A DNA stretch of 64,000 bases from Nemertoderma westbladi (Eukaryota > Animalia > Xenacoelomorpha), in assembly GCA_032718475.1 (NCBI GenBank), contig JAUCBJ010000505.1, positions 62,001-126,000 on the forward strand, read 5' to 3'. Each line of letters starts with the position of its first letter. Position 1 is the first letter of the stretch. The notes below the pieces were generated by a model, which was not told the DNA's origin, ran no database searches, and worked only from the letters and a program-made list of their open reading frames with translations. Of this stretch, positions 26,762-40,500 are shown piece after piece. The translations under genes and the position numbers were made by a program.

Positions 26762-29555
26762 TCAAGTGAGTAAGTTGTTAAGGTTCAATATTCGGAGGTT
26801 GCAGTTCATCTGTGTACAGTCACAGTTAATTTTCCAACTGCAAGTGATGTCAACATCGTAATGTTGGTGAAAGTGGGCCCAGAACAGATTCAATAGGCGC
26901 GCCTTTAAACCAACGTGATTAAAATACTCTGTCTGAAGGGGAAGCTGATTTGCCAATTGTGGTGCGCGAAACCAGAAATTTTGCTTTGATATGCACTTTA
27001 GGGGGTGTGTGAGATCAAACGAGGGTCGGTTAGCGCTACGAGTGTTTCTTCTGAGGTTTGTTTGCTTCATCTTTAGATGTGGCGACCAGTCAATGTCGTA
27101 TTTATTATTTATTATCTTTGACAAGGTTAGTTGGTCGGATAATTGTAAGTATAATGAGATCGGTAGAATGTTTAGTATTATGAGTCTCTCCTTGTAGGTG
27201 TGATCGTCATTACCAATAATCCAGATTGTTGCTCTGCGCTGGATGGACTCGAGTTTGTGTGCGTCCGTCTTGTTGGCAAACCAACAAGGCGATCCATAGG
27301 TTAAGATTGGCAATACCATGGATTTATAGAGGTTTAGCTTGGATTGTACTGGTAGGCGAAAAGAACTGCTTCTTCGGATCAGGTATAATGTTCTATTTGC
27401 TTTACTGCATTTGTCCTTAATGTGGGCGGTCCATGATAAATTTGATGTTATGGTTATTCCTAAATCCTTCTCTGTATCGACTCGAGATATAGTCCTTGAG
27501 TACAATGACCGAGCTTCTATGTCGCCTTTGAAGACTATTTGCTTGCATTTCGGTTCATTAAAATCTAGTCCAGCCTCGAGACCCCATGTCACAAGTCGGT
27601 CAATATCTAATTGTGTGTTGATGATGGAATCGACATGTGATACTGATAATAATTTGCAATCGTCTGCGAGGAGAAATGGTATGCTGACATGACAAACTTC
27701 TGGGAGATCATTGCTCTCAACAACAAAGAATAGTGGTCCCAATAGGGACCCCTGAGCCATGCCACTGTCGACAGATCGGGGAGTTGACTTCGCGTTTCCG
27801 ACTTTTACTGACTGTGTTCTTCCTGCTAGGTAGCTCCGGAGGATATACCAGAGATTTCCGCGGACCCCCATTATCCATAATTTTCGCAGAACGGATTCGT
27901 GGCTGACAGAGTCGAACGCTTTCTGGAAATCTAAGTATATTACTTCTACTGTCAATTGGCCATTATCCGTACCCTTGTAGACATTGTCTAGAAATGTAAG
28001 TAATTGTGTGATCGTTGATCTTGACTTCCTAAATCCATGTTGTGCGTCGTGTAACCTACTACGTACTTGTTCGTAGATGGGGATAAAGATGCAACGCTCA
28101 AATACTTTTCCAGGAATCGCTAAGAGAGATATTGGCCGGTATAAGATTACCTTGATTCTACTACCTTTTTTATGTTGAGGATTTATTAGTGCATGCTTCC
28201 ATGCTACGGGGAAGTGGTTTTTTTTTTTCAGCCTCCCGAATAGGAATGACATTGAGGGTGCTAGTACTTTTGCGAGGGATTTAAATAATGAAGGTGGAAT
28301 ATTGTCTGGTCCACGAGATTTCGTAGCATCTAAAGACGTAAGTATATTCTCCACTGTGTCAACTGACACGTCGTAGTCGTGTGTCGTGTTCAAGCTTTCA
28401 GAGTTTGTGTCGTTAAGTGGTGGTTGTATATCGCTAGTAGGTATTCGCGGGGATTTAAAAACGGAATGGAAGAACTCGTTAAATAGATTAGCCTGATCCT
28501 CATGAGTGGACGCCGTACGATTCTCGTATTGTACTACTGGTGGCAGTGAACAAGACCTCCGTAGGCTTTTGAAATATTTGAAGAGATGTTTCATTGAACG
28601 GGTGTCCGCTAGCTGCATCTCGTACTTTGTTTGGTCAGCTAAAATATCATTTTCAACTTCTTCCTGTAACCTTTCCATCTTAACCTGAAGGTTTAATGTT
28701 GGCGATATCTTTGAAGCAATTTTACGCTGGAGAGTGTGTAATTTATTTAACTTATGTGAGGTTTTTTGTGTCACCCATGGTGGTTGCGAGGCACGATGCA
28801 CTGTTCGTTTAGGAACACAGTTGTCGATAACATTATTCAGCCATTGATACCATTTATTAACTAGATCCTCACAATCGGTCATATTGTACGATTTTTCGTC
28901 AAATGGCCGAGATTTACAAATCTGGGTTGCCTTCAGTGTATCTATTTTACAAAAACTATAATGCAACAAGGGATTGGACTGGATCGTCTGCCGTGTTTGC
29001 TTTGCAGCATTACATTGTGAGTTTAAAATAACCAGGACAGGGTCGTGGTCTGACTTGATTTCAACTGCCTGTAATTGTCTAGATAGGTTGTAGTCAATCT
29101 CAATGTTGAGAATTGTATTGTCTGTTAATGATATGAAAACGTCAAGCGTATTAGCTCCCCGTGTAGGAAAATTTATGTGTTGTTTAAAGTTGTGTTTGTC
29201 AATAGCGTATAAAATGTCCTTCTCGTAGTTATCTGTAGAAAAGTGAGACTCCCAATCTACAGAAGGCAGATTAATATCCCCACATATGATCACGTCGTCA
29301 ACGTGATCCTTAAATGTTATTATGTAGTCTAGTAATTTGTAAAAATCAGCAACTTCTAAGCGGTATGGGCTTTTGTCAGGTGGGTTGTATATACATACAA
29401 GTAAATATGTTAAACCGTTAATATTGCACAAACAGGCAGTAACTGAACTTGATAATCTATCAGAAGCACCATTAATATATTCTGGCGTGTAATTAATTCC
29501 ATTTTGTAGAGCAATAAGGACACCTCCATGTGTTGAGATACAATCAAATTTTGAG
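26762..29555 (-). CDS. LINE ORF2 (partial APE endonuclease + reverse transcriptase), uninterrupted
   Basis: HGGVLIA (upstream of the annotated ORF start), IYNPP, GDINLP, SDHDPV, YRPISLL, YLDFQKAFDSV, QGSLLGPL, LADD. Confidence 0.92.
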
Positions 29556-29785
29556 CTATACTACTGCACTAGTACTACTGCTATACTACTGTACTACAGT
29601 TCTACACTGTACGTACAGTGTCGTACAGTACACTGCAGGACAATGGCAGAATGGGATGTTATAGTCTGACGGAATAACTAAACGTCGTATTATCAACTCT
29701 CCTGATCTCACTGTCTCACCCGATATATATAACCATCAAAATAATAATCCTCAACCATACATACCACTATTTAATTTGCCAATAT

Positions 29786-32682
29786 GAGCAAAAAATCAGA
29801 AAATATGGCGTCACTCATAGCCTCTATCAACGAACTCAAAGCGGACATTAAAGTGGTAAAAACTGCAACACAGTATTCCTGCTCTCGTCCAGGAAGTTGA
29901 AGATCTACAAATCTTTAATAAGAAATTATTTCTTGTAAACGATAGTCTAAAGCAATACATTCGACGCTCCAATATACTCATACACGGCCTCCCTGAATCT
30001 AATAATCCTGAGGATGAAGCGGCGCGGGTAGAGGCAGCTGTTGTAAACTTGGGAATCAGCTTTAACAATGTGGATATCTTTCATCGTATCGGTCACACCC
30101 GTTCTGATTCTACCGATCCAGGTAGCCAAGCTGGGGCTGGGAGCGATCCAACGGTTCGAGATGGCGGTAGTAAAAATAAATCTCGTGCGGTCATTGTAAA
30201 ATTCTTTGGTCATCAGATGAGGATAACGGCGATCCAAAACAAAGTAAATATCAAACCAGCGTACGTCACCGAGCATCTTACTCCCCACCGATCAACACTT
30301 CTCAAAGAACTTAATAAGATGAAACGCGATAAGATCATACATTCAGCTTATTCCAGAAATGGCGATGTTGTCTATAAACGGAATGCCACCGACAAGGCGC
30401 ACGTTGTTGAAACTTTAGAAGATGTTGGTAATCTGAGAGCTGCAAGAACCGATGGAACGGCAACGAAGCGAGGTAGACAAGAAACGAAAAGAGTGGAGAA
30501 GCGTCGATCTGGTTCCAAACCCACTCGGAGATCAGATTAATTCTGCAAATCGTTCAGTAGAGCCTGTAGAGGCCTCTGCTCCAGGAGGTTCGGCGACAGG
30601 CTCCATCTATAGTGTTTTACCGGTGGATGTCAATTCAGAAGGGAATGAAGTCGAAGACGTTGCCATAGAATAAAATAAGTAGCTAATGATTTCGAATTTC
30701 GAGTCGTCGAGTTGTACCTTTTGCCTTATAGATACTTTCCCTTTTTCTACAGTTCCAGACAATGACACCGACATATTTTTTAATAACGACAACAATTACT
30801 TTGACTTCCCCAGTAACTTCGACGATTACGACAATACTTTCAAGGACATCGACCCTGACCAAAACCTAGACTCAAATAATACAGACGGAAAATACTTTTC
30901 AGATACAAAATATAATATTCAATCTCAAAATGATTCTTTAAAAATATATCATCTTAACTGTAGAAGTCTCAGTAAAAATTTTCATGCCACAAACGACTAC
31001 CTTAGCCTATTAGAAAAACAGTTTGATGTATTGTGTTTCACTGAAACTTTCTTAACAGAGAACAGCGACCTCTCTACATTAACTATCCCCTGATACCTAC
31101 CACCAATTACTAATCACAGACAGTACGGGAAAAGGGACCGGGGTGGGACAGCGATATACATTAAAAACGGATTAGATTTTACTGTACGTACAGACATTAC
31201 AATTAATCACTGTGAATCTTCCTGGGTCAGTATCTCAAGATCCAAAAATCTAAAAACTTCAAAAGCAATTCTTATCAGAAATATATATCGTCCTCAATCG
31301 TGCGATCTAACAGATTTTCTAGAAAATCTAAACGACACTCTATATCACTCATAAAAAATAGAACTGAAGAAAAAGAAAAGGAATATAAAAAGTACAGAAA
31401 CAAATTCTCAAAACTCCTAAAATTATCCGAAAAAACATACTATGCGAATGAATTTGAAAAAAATAAAAATAATATGCGAAAAACATGGAATACAATAAAC
31501 TCTGCCTTAAATCGATCAAAAACAAGAAATTCACCAAAAAAATTAATTTTAATAGACAACATCGGAAATGAAAGTGAGATTACTGACCCCAGGGAGATTT
31601 GCAGTGTCTTCAACAATCACTTTGCTACTGTAGGAACTCGACTGGCACAAAACATACCAACTTCAAACAGAAACCCTACTCGTTATATAAATCACAAAAA
31701 ACCGAACTCCTTCTCACTTATCCCGACACCAAACCGAGAAACTATTTACAATATACTAGACTTAAATAACTCGAGTTCAACAAACGACAATTTTCCTATA
31801 TCTTTACTAAAACTTGCAGCCTACGATCTCGCTCCCCACTTAACACATCTAATTAATATTTCCATTAAAAATGGCACGTTCCCATTCATTCTTAAAGCTG
31901 CAAAAATTATCCCAGTTATCAAAGCCGGAGACCCCACTGACAAGAATAATTACAGACCAATTTCAATACTACCTGTTTTCAGTAAACTCTTTGAACGAGT
32001 GATAAATTCCCAATTAATATCCTATTTGGAAAAGTACTCAATTCTCTCTACAAACCAATACGGATTCCGAAAACACTCGACAACTACAGATGCCATACTT
32101 ACTGTTACTGAAAAGATATTAAACGTTCTAGAAAAACATGAAACAGCCTGTTTAATATCCATAGACCTCAAAAAAGCGTTTGACACCTTGCAACACAACA
32201 TCCTGTTAAGCAAACTAAATAGCTATGGTATCCGGGGAACCCCACTCGAATTACTTACCAGCTTCTTACACAACCGAACCCACACTGTAAACATAGGCAA
32301 TATTCACTCTGAGCCAATACTTGCCCCCTGCGGTACCCCCCAGGGGGCCATTTTGTCCGCAACTTTATTCCTTATATACATAAACGACTTACCTAACTGT
32401 ACATAGCTACTATCAACACTATTTGCTGACGACACGAATTTACTATACAACCACACTGATATTAAAATACTTACAGATGCCATAAACTTAGAACTTAATA
32501 GAGTTGATCAATGGCTGACAGACAACCAACTATCCCTTAATCTTAAAAAAACAGAATATATATTAATAACAAACAAACAAACCACTGAACATGAGAATAT
32601 TAAAATAAGAGACCTTCCTATAAGTAACGTAAGTAAAACCAAATTTTTAGGAATCTGGATAGACGATAAATTATCTTGGAAA
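29786..32682 (+). mobile_element. Degenerate CR1/L2-group LINE: frameshifted ORF1 and broken ORF2, 3'-truncated
   Basis: ORF1-like QYIRRSNILIHGLPE...HRIG...VIVKF...YVTEHLT. ORF2 has HLNCRSL, FTETFL, GGTAIYIK, an internal deletion near 31350, NYRPISILP, DLKKAFDT, PQGAIL, a stop at 32404-32406, then FADD and KFLGIWID. Confidence 0.9.
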
Positions 32683-32696
32683 ATAAATTATCTTGG

Positions 32697-34571
32697 CAGT
32701 TTCTACCCCGCCGAAAACTAGATTTCAGAGTGATTGGTTTGTTTGATAAATTGGGAACGAGATTTTCCAATATCTTCCATATGTAAATGACGATGTAGCG
32801 TTCCCTGCGCCGTTCCAACGAGTTTAACTTTAATTGCTTAAGGCGTTCCCAGTAGTTAAGCTCGTTCATTCCTTGGATTCTCCTCGTGAACGATCGTTGT
32901 ACTTATTCTATTCTTTGAGTCTCGTGTATGTTATTGTTCGGATGCCACAGCTGACAACAGTACTCGAGTTTAGATCGTACTAAAGATGTGAACAGTGTTT
33001 TCATTGTTAGCGGGTCGCGTATTGTGAAAACATGTAGAATCCAGCCACATAGTTGCTTAGCATCTCGACATGTGCTTTCAATGTGGATCTTGAAATTGCC
33101 AGTATGGCTCATGTTGATTCCAAGGTCCTTTACATCTTCCTTGACTATTATAGTTTCATTACCCCCAGTGTCTCTGTTTATAAACGTATAGTTTCCACCC
33201 CGGTCCAGGCTGGGGTTCTGTGTTGGTGTATAGCACAGGCACTCGAATTTATCACCATGCAGTTCCATGCCATTGTTATCGGCCCAGTCGTATATCGTGG
33301 CAAGGTCTTCTTGGATTTTATTATCCGTGGTTGATGATGTAACTGGACCCGACACCCTGGTATCATCAGCAAAGGAAGTTATTTTATTTGTTGTATTATG
33401 GTCGATGTCATTCATCAGAATGATAAAAAGGAGAGGTCCTAGCACCGAACCTTGAATAACTCCACTTATAATGTCTTTCCAGGTTGAGCTCGCTCCGTTC
33501 AGAACTACTCGTTGCTTCCTGTTTGAGAGAAAGTTCCACAACCAGCACCCGAGCTGCCCACCAATTCCGATGGCCCGGATCTTTCGCATAAGTGAACCAT
33601 GATCCACTTTGTCAAATGCTTTGGAGAAATCGAAATAGACTACATCAATACCATCTCCTTTTGATAAGTGATCGATGATATTCGCGTAATGGTCAATGAG
33701 CTCAGAGAGGCATGAGCGACCTCTCCGGAAGCCATGCTGTCCTTTGTTTAAAAGGTTGTTGGATTCTAGGTAGTCTACAAGTGAATCTCGGACAATTCTT
33801 TCTAATATTTTGGATATGTGGGAAGTCAAAGATACCGGCCGGGTAGTTGCGCGCATCTGATCAAAGGCCCTTCTTGAATATCGGCGTTATTTCGCACAAT
33901 TTCAAAGATGTCGGTAGGGCCCCGGATGACAAGGATTTATCAAAGATGACGAAGAGTGGTTTGAGAAGTTCTTCTTTGCATTTCTTCAATAAAAGTGATG
34001 GGACTCCATCAGGGCCAGCAGCGGAGTTTGATCGTAGTTCATCAATCGCTTTCCCGATGAGATTCGTTGTCAGTTTGATTTGACCGAGACGCACATCACC
34101 ATCTGTTGTGAGTATCGGGTCTGGAACAACTGGATCCGCCACTGGAGTCGAAAACATAGACATATTGATTCTGTAGTGCCTCACACATTCCTTTATTGTC
34201 AGAGACTAATTCGCCATTCACAATTAGTGGTCCAACACCAACTCTGTCTTTGCGCTTTCGGTTGGCGTATGAGAAGAAGTATTTGGGGTTCGACTTAATT
34301 TTAGATACGGCATCTTTTTCCTCCAACCTCCTTTCATCATCGCGCGTTTGATAGAGGTCTATTTCGATGTGCTTGATTTCTGCCTCCAACTTATTAAGAT
34401 TGGTTCGAGAGGTTGTGTTTGATATTTGTTTGGTGAGGATTTTCCTTTTCTTATACAGGATACGTCGTATACGTGGGATAATTACTTTTGGCCGTTTACG
34501 AGCCGGAACGTTACCGTTGCATGCAAGTTCTAAATGAGAGTACAGAGTGTCTAGACAACTGTCGGCTGTCA
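32697..34571 (-). mobile_element. Degenerate CR1-group LINE ORF2 fragment (RT), truncated at both ends
   Basis: KSNPKYFFSY, AAGPDGV, RPVSLTSHISKILE, YFDFSKAFDKVDH, QGSVLGPLLF, FADD, YWERLKQLKLNSLERRRERY; several frameshifts. Confidence 0.92.
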
Positions 34572-37500
34572 TGTGCTCCAATAGATAGAGTGTTCCAATA
34601 GATAGAGTGATCCAATGGATAGAGTGCTCCAATGGATATAGTGCTCCATGGATAGAGTGATCCAATGGATAGAGTGCTCCAATGGATAGAGTGCTCCAAT
34701 AGGTAGAGTCATCCAACAGATAGAGTGCTCCAATAGATAGAGTGCTCCAATAGATATAGTGCTCCAATAGATAGAGTGCTCCAATGGATAGAGTGCTCCA
34801 ATAGATAGAGTGCTCCAATAGATAGAGTGATCCAATAGATAGAGTGCTCCAATAGATAGAGTGCCCCAATGGATAGAATGCTCAAATAGATAGAGTGCTC
34901 CAATGGATAGAGTGCTCCAATGGATAGAGTGCTCCAATGGATAGAGTGCTCCAATAGGTAGAGTCATCCAACAGATAGAGTGCTCCAATAGATAGAGTGC
35001 TCCAATGGATAGAGTGCTCCAATAGATAGAGTGCTCCAATAGATAGAGTGATCCAATAGATAGAGTGCTCCAATAGATAGAGTGCTCCAATGGATAGAAT
35101 GCTCAAATAGATAGAGTGCTCCAATGGATAGAGTGCTCCAATGGATAGAGTGCTCCAATAGGTAGAGTCATCCAACAGATAGAGTGCTCCAATAGATAGA
35201 GTGCTCCAATAGATATAGTGCTCCAATAGATAGAATGCTCCAATGGATAGAGTGCTCCAATAGATAGAGTGCTCCAATAGATAGAGTGCTCCAATGGATA
35301 GAGTGCTCCAATGGATAGAGTGCTCCAATAGATAGAGTGATCCAATGGATAGAGTGCTCCAATAGGTAGAGTGATCCAATGGATGGAGTGCTCCAACGAA
35401 TAGAGTGCTCCAATGGATAGAGTGCTCCAATGGATAGAGTGCTCCAATAGATAGAGTGCTCCAATAGATAGAGTGCTCCAATAGATAGAGTGCTCCAATA
35501 GATAGAGTGCTCCAATAGATAGAGTGATCCAATGGATAGAGTGCTCCAATGGATAGAGTGCTCCAATAGATAGAATGATCCAATGGATAGAGTGCTCCAA
35601 TAGATAGAGTGCTCCAATAGATAGAATGATCCAATGGATAGAGTGCTCCAATGGATAGAGTGCTCCAATAGATAGAGTGCTCCAATATATAGAGTGCTCC
35701 AATGGATAGAGTGCTCCAATAGATAGAGTGCTCCAATAGATATAATGATCCAATGGATATAGTGCTCCAATAGATAGAGTGCTCTAATGGATAGAGTGCT
35801 CCAATGGATAGAGTGCTCCAATAGATAGAGTGCTCCAATAGATAGAGTGCTCCAATGGATAGAGTGCTCCAATGGATAGAGTGCTCCAATGGATAGAGTG
35901 CTCCAATAGATAGAGTGCTCCAATGGATAGAGTGCTCCAATAGATAGAGTGCTCCAATGGATAGAGTGCTCCAATAGATAGAGTGCTCCAATGGATAGAG
36001 TGCTCCAATAGATAGAGTGCTCCAATAGATAGAGTGATCCAATGGATAGAGTGCTCCAATGGATAGAGTGCTCCAATAGATAGAATGATCCAATGGATAG
36101 AGTGCTCCAATAGATAGAGTGCTCCAATAGATAGAGTGCTCCAATGGATAGAGTGCTCCAATAGATAGAGTGCTCCAATAGATAGAGTGCTCCAATAGAC
36201 AAGAGTGATCCAATAGATAGCGTGCTCCAATGGATAGAGTGCTCCAATAGATAGAGTGCTCCAATGGATAGAGTGCTCCAATAGATAGAGTGCTCCAATA
36301 TATAGAGTGCTCCAATGGATAGTGTGCTCCAATAGGTAGAATGATCCAATGGATAGATTGCTCCAATGGATAGAGTGCTCCAATGGATAGAGTGCTCCAA
36401 TAGATAGAGTGCTCCAATAGATAGAGTGCTCCAATAGATAGAGTGCTCCAATAGATAGAGTGCTCCAATGGATAGAGTGCTCCAATATATAGAGTGCTCC
36501 AATGGATAGAGTGATCCAATGGATAGAGTGATCCAATGGATAGAGTGCTCCAATAGATAGAGTGCTCCAATAGATAGAGTGCTCCAAAAGGATGGTATGC
36601 TTGAGCATGTGGACGACTTCTGTTACCTGGGATCATGGATCCGGAAGTCAGGTGAGGACCTTCGAATACGTAAGGGAAAGGCATGGGCAGCCTTGAATAG
36701 GCTTTCCAGGATTTGGAAGTCACCGAGAATTAATCGGAAACTTAAGGTCCGATTATTTAGAGCAGCAGTAGTTCCAGTACTCCTCTACGGGAGTCCATGC
36801 TGGGCTCTAACTGCTGAGGACACCAAATCTCTAGATGGCACATTCACAAGAATGCTACGCCGGGTTCATTGTGTCAAGTACAATGCACACATCTCCAACC
36901 AGACACTATATAACATTGGAGGTGTCTCATTGGTTCCCCCAAGCTTGACACTAGAACAAAATCGCCTCCGCTTTGCAGGACATTGCTTTCGCCGTGAGGA
37001 CCAGCCAGTGCATAATCTTGTACTTTGGCAGCCTCATGGAGTGAATAAGCATGGTGGACAGCCCATGACTTTCTTGAGACGCATCTTAAAGGACACTGGC
37101 CTTAAAGATGCGGATGATCTAGCAAATGTCATGGGTGATAGGGAGTTGTGGCGGTGCAATTTTGTTGACAAGCCGGCACAGCATTCTTAAAAATGCAGCT
37201 GCAATGCAGCATGCCGATCCTAGTAGTAGTGCTACAATAGATAGAGTGCTCCAATAGATAGAGTGCTCCAATGGATAGAGTGCTCCAATAGATAGAGTGC
37301 TCCAATGGATAGAGTGATCCAATGGATAGAGTGCTCCAATAGATAGAGTGCTCCAATGGATAGAGTGATCCAATGGATAGAGTGCTCCAATAGATAGAGT
37401 GCTCCAATGGATAGAGTGATCCAATAGATAGAGTGCTCCAATGGATAAAGTGCTCCAATAGATAGAGTGCTCCAATAGATAGAGTGCTCCAATAGATATA

Positions 37501-40500
37501 GTGCTCCAATATATAGAGTGCTCCAATGGATAGAGTGCTCCAATAGATAGTGATCCAATGGATAGAGTGCTCCAATGGATAGAGTGCTCCAATAGATAGA
37601 GTGCTCCAATAGATAGAGTGCTCCAATGGATAGAGTGCTCCAATAGATAGAGTGCTCCAATGGATAGAGTGCTCCAATAGATAGAGTGTTCCATGGATAG
37701 AGTGATCCAATGGATAGAGTGCTCCAATAGATATAGTGCTCCAATGGATAGAGTGCTCCAATAGATAGAGTGCTCCAATGGATAGAGAGCTCCAATGGAT
37801 AGTGCTCCAATGGATAGAGTGCTCCAATAGATAGAGTGCTCCAATGGATAGAGAGCTCCAATGGATAGTGCTCCAATGGATAGAGTGCTCCAATAGGTAG
37901 AGTGCTCCAATAGATAGAGTGCTCCAATAGATAGAGTGCTCCAATAGATATAGTGCTCCAATGGATAGAGTGCTCCAATAGATAGAGTGCTCCAATGGAT
38001 AGAGAGCTCCAATGGATAGTGCTCCAATGGATAGAGTGCTCCAATAGGTAGAGTGCTCCAATAGATAGAGTGCTCCAATAGATAGAGTGCTCCAATAGAT
38101 AGAGTGCTCCAATGGATAGAGTGCTCCAATGGATAGAGTGCTCCAATGGATAGAGTGCTCCAATATATAGAGTGATCCAATGGATAGAGTGCTCCAATAG
38201 ATAGAGTGCTCCAATGGATAGAGAGCTCCAATGGATAGTGCTCCAATGGATAGAGTGCTCCAATAGGTAGAGTGCTCCAATAGATAGAGTGCTCCAATAG
38301 ATAGAGTGCTCCAATAGATATAGTGCTCCAATGGATAGAGTGCTCCAATAGATAAAGTGCTCCAATGGATAGAGAGCTCCAATGGATAGTGCTCCAATGG
38401 ATAGAGTGCTCCAATAGGTAGAGTGCTCCAATAGATAGAGTGCTCCAATAGATAGAGTGCTCCAATAGATAGAGTGCTCCAATGGATAGAGTGCTCCAAT
38501 GGATAGAGTGCTCCAATGGATAGAGTGCTCCAATATATAGAGTGATCCAATGGATAGAGTGCTCCAATGGATAGAGTGCTCCAATAGATAGAGTGCTCCA
38601 ATAGATATAGTGCTCCAATAGATAGAGTGCTCCAATGGATAGAGTGCTCCAATAGATAGAGTGATCCAATGGATAGAGTGCTCCAATAGGTAGAGTGATC
38701 CAATGGATGGAGTGCTCCAACGAATAGAGTGCTCCAATGGATAGAGTGCTCCAATGGATAGAGTGCTCCAATAGATAGAGTGCTCCAATAGATAGAGTGC
38801 TCCAATAGATAGAGTGCTCCAATAGATAGAGTGCTCCAATAGATAGAGTGATCCAATGGATAGAGTGCTCCAATGGATAGAGTGCTCCAATAGATAGAAT
38901 GATCCAATGGATAGAGTGCTCCAATAGATAGAGTGCTCCAATAGATAGAATGATCCAATGGATAGAGTGCTCCAATAGATAGAGTGCTCTAATGGATAGA
39001 GTGCTCCAATGGATAGAGTGCTCCAATAGATAGAGTGCTCCAATATATAGAGTGCTCCAATGGATAGAGTGCTCCAATAGATAGAGTGCTCCAATAGATA
39101 GAGTGATCCAATGGATAGAGTGCTCCAATGGATAGAGTGCTCCAATAGATAGAATGATCCAATGGATAGAGTGCTCCAATAGATAGAGTGCTCCAATAGA
39201 TAGAGTGCTCCAATGGATAGAGTGCTCCAATGGATAGAGTGCTCCAATAGATATAATGATCCAATGGATAGAGTGCTCCAATAGATAGAGTGCTCTAATG
39301 GATAGAGTGCTCCAATGGATAGAGTGCTCCAATAGATAGAGTGCTCCAATAGATAGAGTGCTCCAATGGATAGAGTGCTCCAATAGATAGAGTGCTCCAA
39401 TGGATAGAGTGCTCCAATAGATAGAGTGCTCCAATGGATAGAGTGCTCCAATGGATAGAGTGCTCCAATAGATAGAGTGCTCCAATAGATAGAGTGCTCC
39501 AATGGATAGAGTTCTCCAATAGATAGAGTGCTCCAATAGATAGAGTGCTCCAATAAATAGAGTGCTCCAATAGATAGAGTGCTCCAATAGATAGAGTGAT
39601 CCAATGGATAGAGTGCTCCAATGGATAGAGTGCTCCAATAGATAGAATGATCCAATGGATAGAGTGCTCCAATAGATAGAGTGCTCCAATAGATAGAGTG
39701 CTCCAATGGATAGAGTGCTCCAATAGATAGAGTGCTCCAATAGATAGAGTGCTCCAATAGACAAGAGTGATCCAATAGATAGCGTGCTCCAATGGATAGA
39801 GTGCTCCAATAGATAGAGTGCTCCAATGGATAGAGTGCTCCAATAGATAGAGTGCTCCAATATATAGAGTGCTCCAATGGATAGTGTGCTCCAATAGGTA
39901 GAATGATCCAATGGATAGATTGCTCCAATGGATAGAGTGCTCCAATGGATAGAGTGCTCCAATAGATAGAGTGCTCCAATGGATAGAGTGATCCAATGGA
40001 TAGAGTGCTCCAATAGATAGAGTGCTCCAATGGATAGAGTGCTCCAATAGATAGAGTGCTCCAATGGATAGAGTGCTCCAATAGGTAGAGTGATCCAATG
40101 GATAGAGTGCTCCAATGGATAGAGTGCTCCAATAGATAGAGTGATCCAATGGATAGAGTGATCCAATAAATAGAGTGCTCCAATAGATAGAGTGCTCCAA
40201 TAGATAGAGTGCTCCAATGTATAGAGTGCTCCAATAGATAGAGTGCTCCAATGGATAGAGTGCTCCAATAGATAGAGTGCTCCAATATATAGAGTGCTCC
40301 AATGGATAGTGTGCTCCAATAGGTGGAATGATCCAATGGATAGATTGCTACAATGGATAGAGTGCTCCAATGGATAGAGTGCTCCAATAGATAGAGTGCT
40401 CCAATGGATAGAGAGCTCCAATGGATAGAGTACTCCAATGGATAGAGTGCTCCAATAGATAGAGTGCTCCAATAGATAGAGTGCTCCAATGGATAGAGTG

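Larger units (their letters stand above)
26285..29572 (-). mobile_element. CR1/L2-group LINE, 5'-truncated within the endonuclease, with 3' UTR and (AAT)n tail
   Basis: ORF2 present; (TAT)n run at 26282-26323. Candidate TSD TACTACTGCTAT at 26273-26284 and 29573-29584 (low-complexity, so the boundaries are tentative). Confidence 0.88.

Noticed and set aside
26469-26765. Cys/Ile-rich and KNIYTASD ORFs
   Set aside because: Translation of the 24-bp minisatellite in a LINE 3' UTR.
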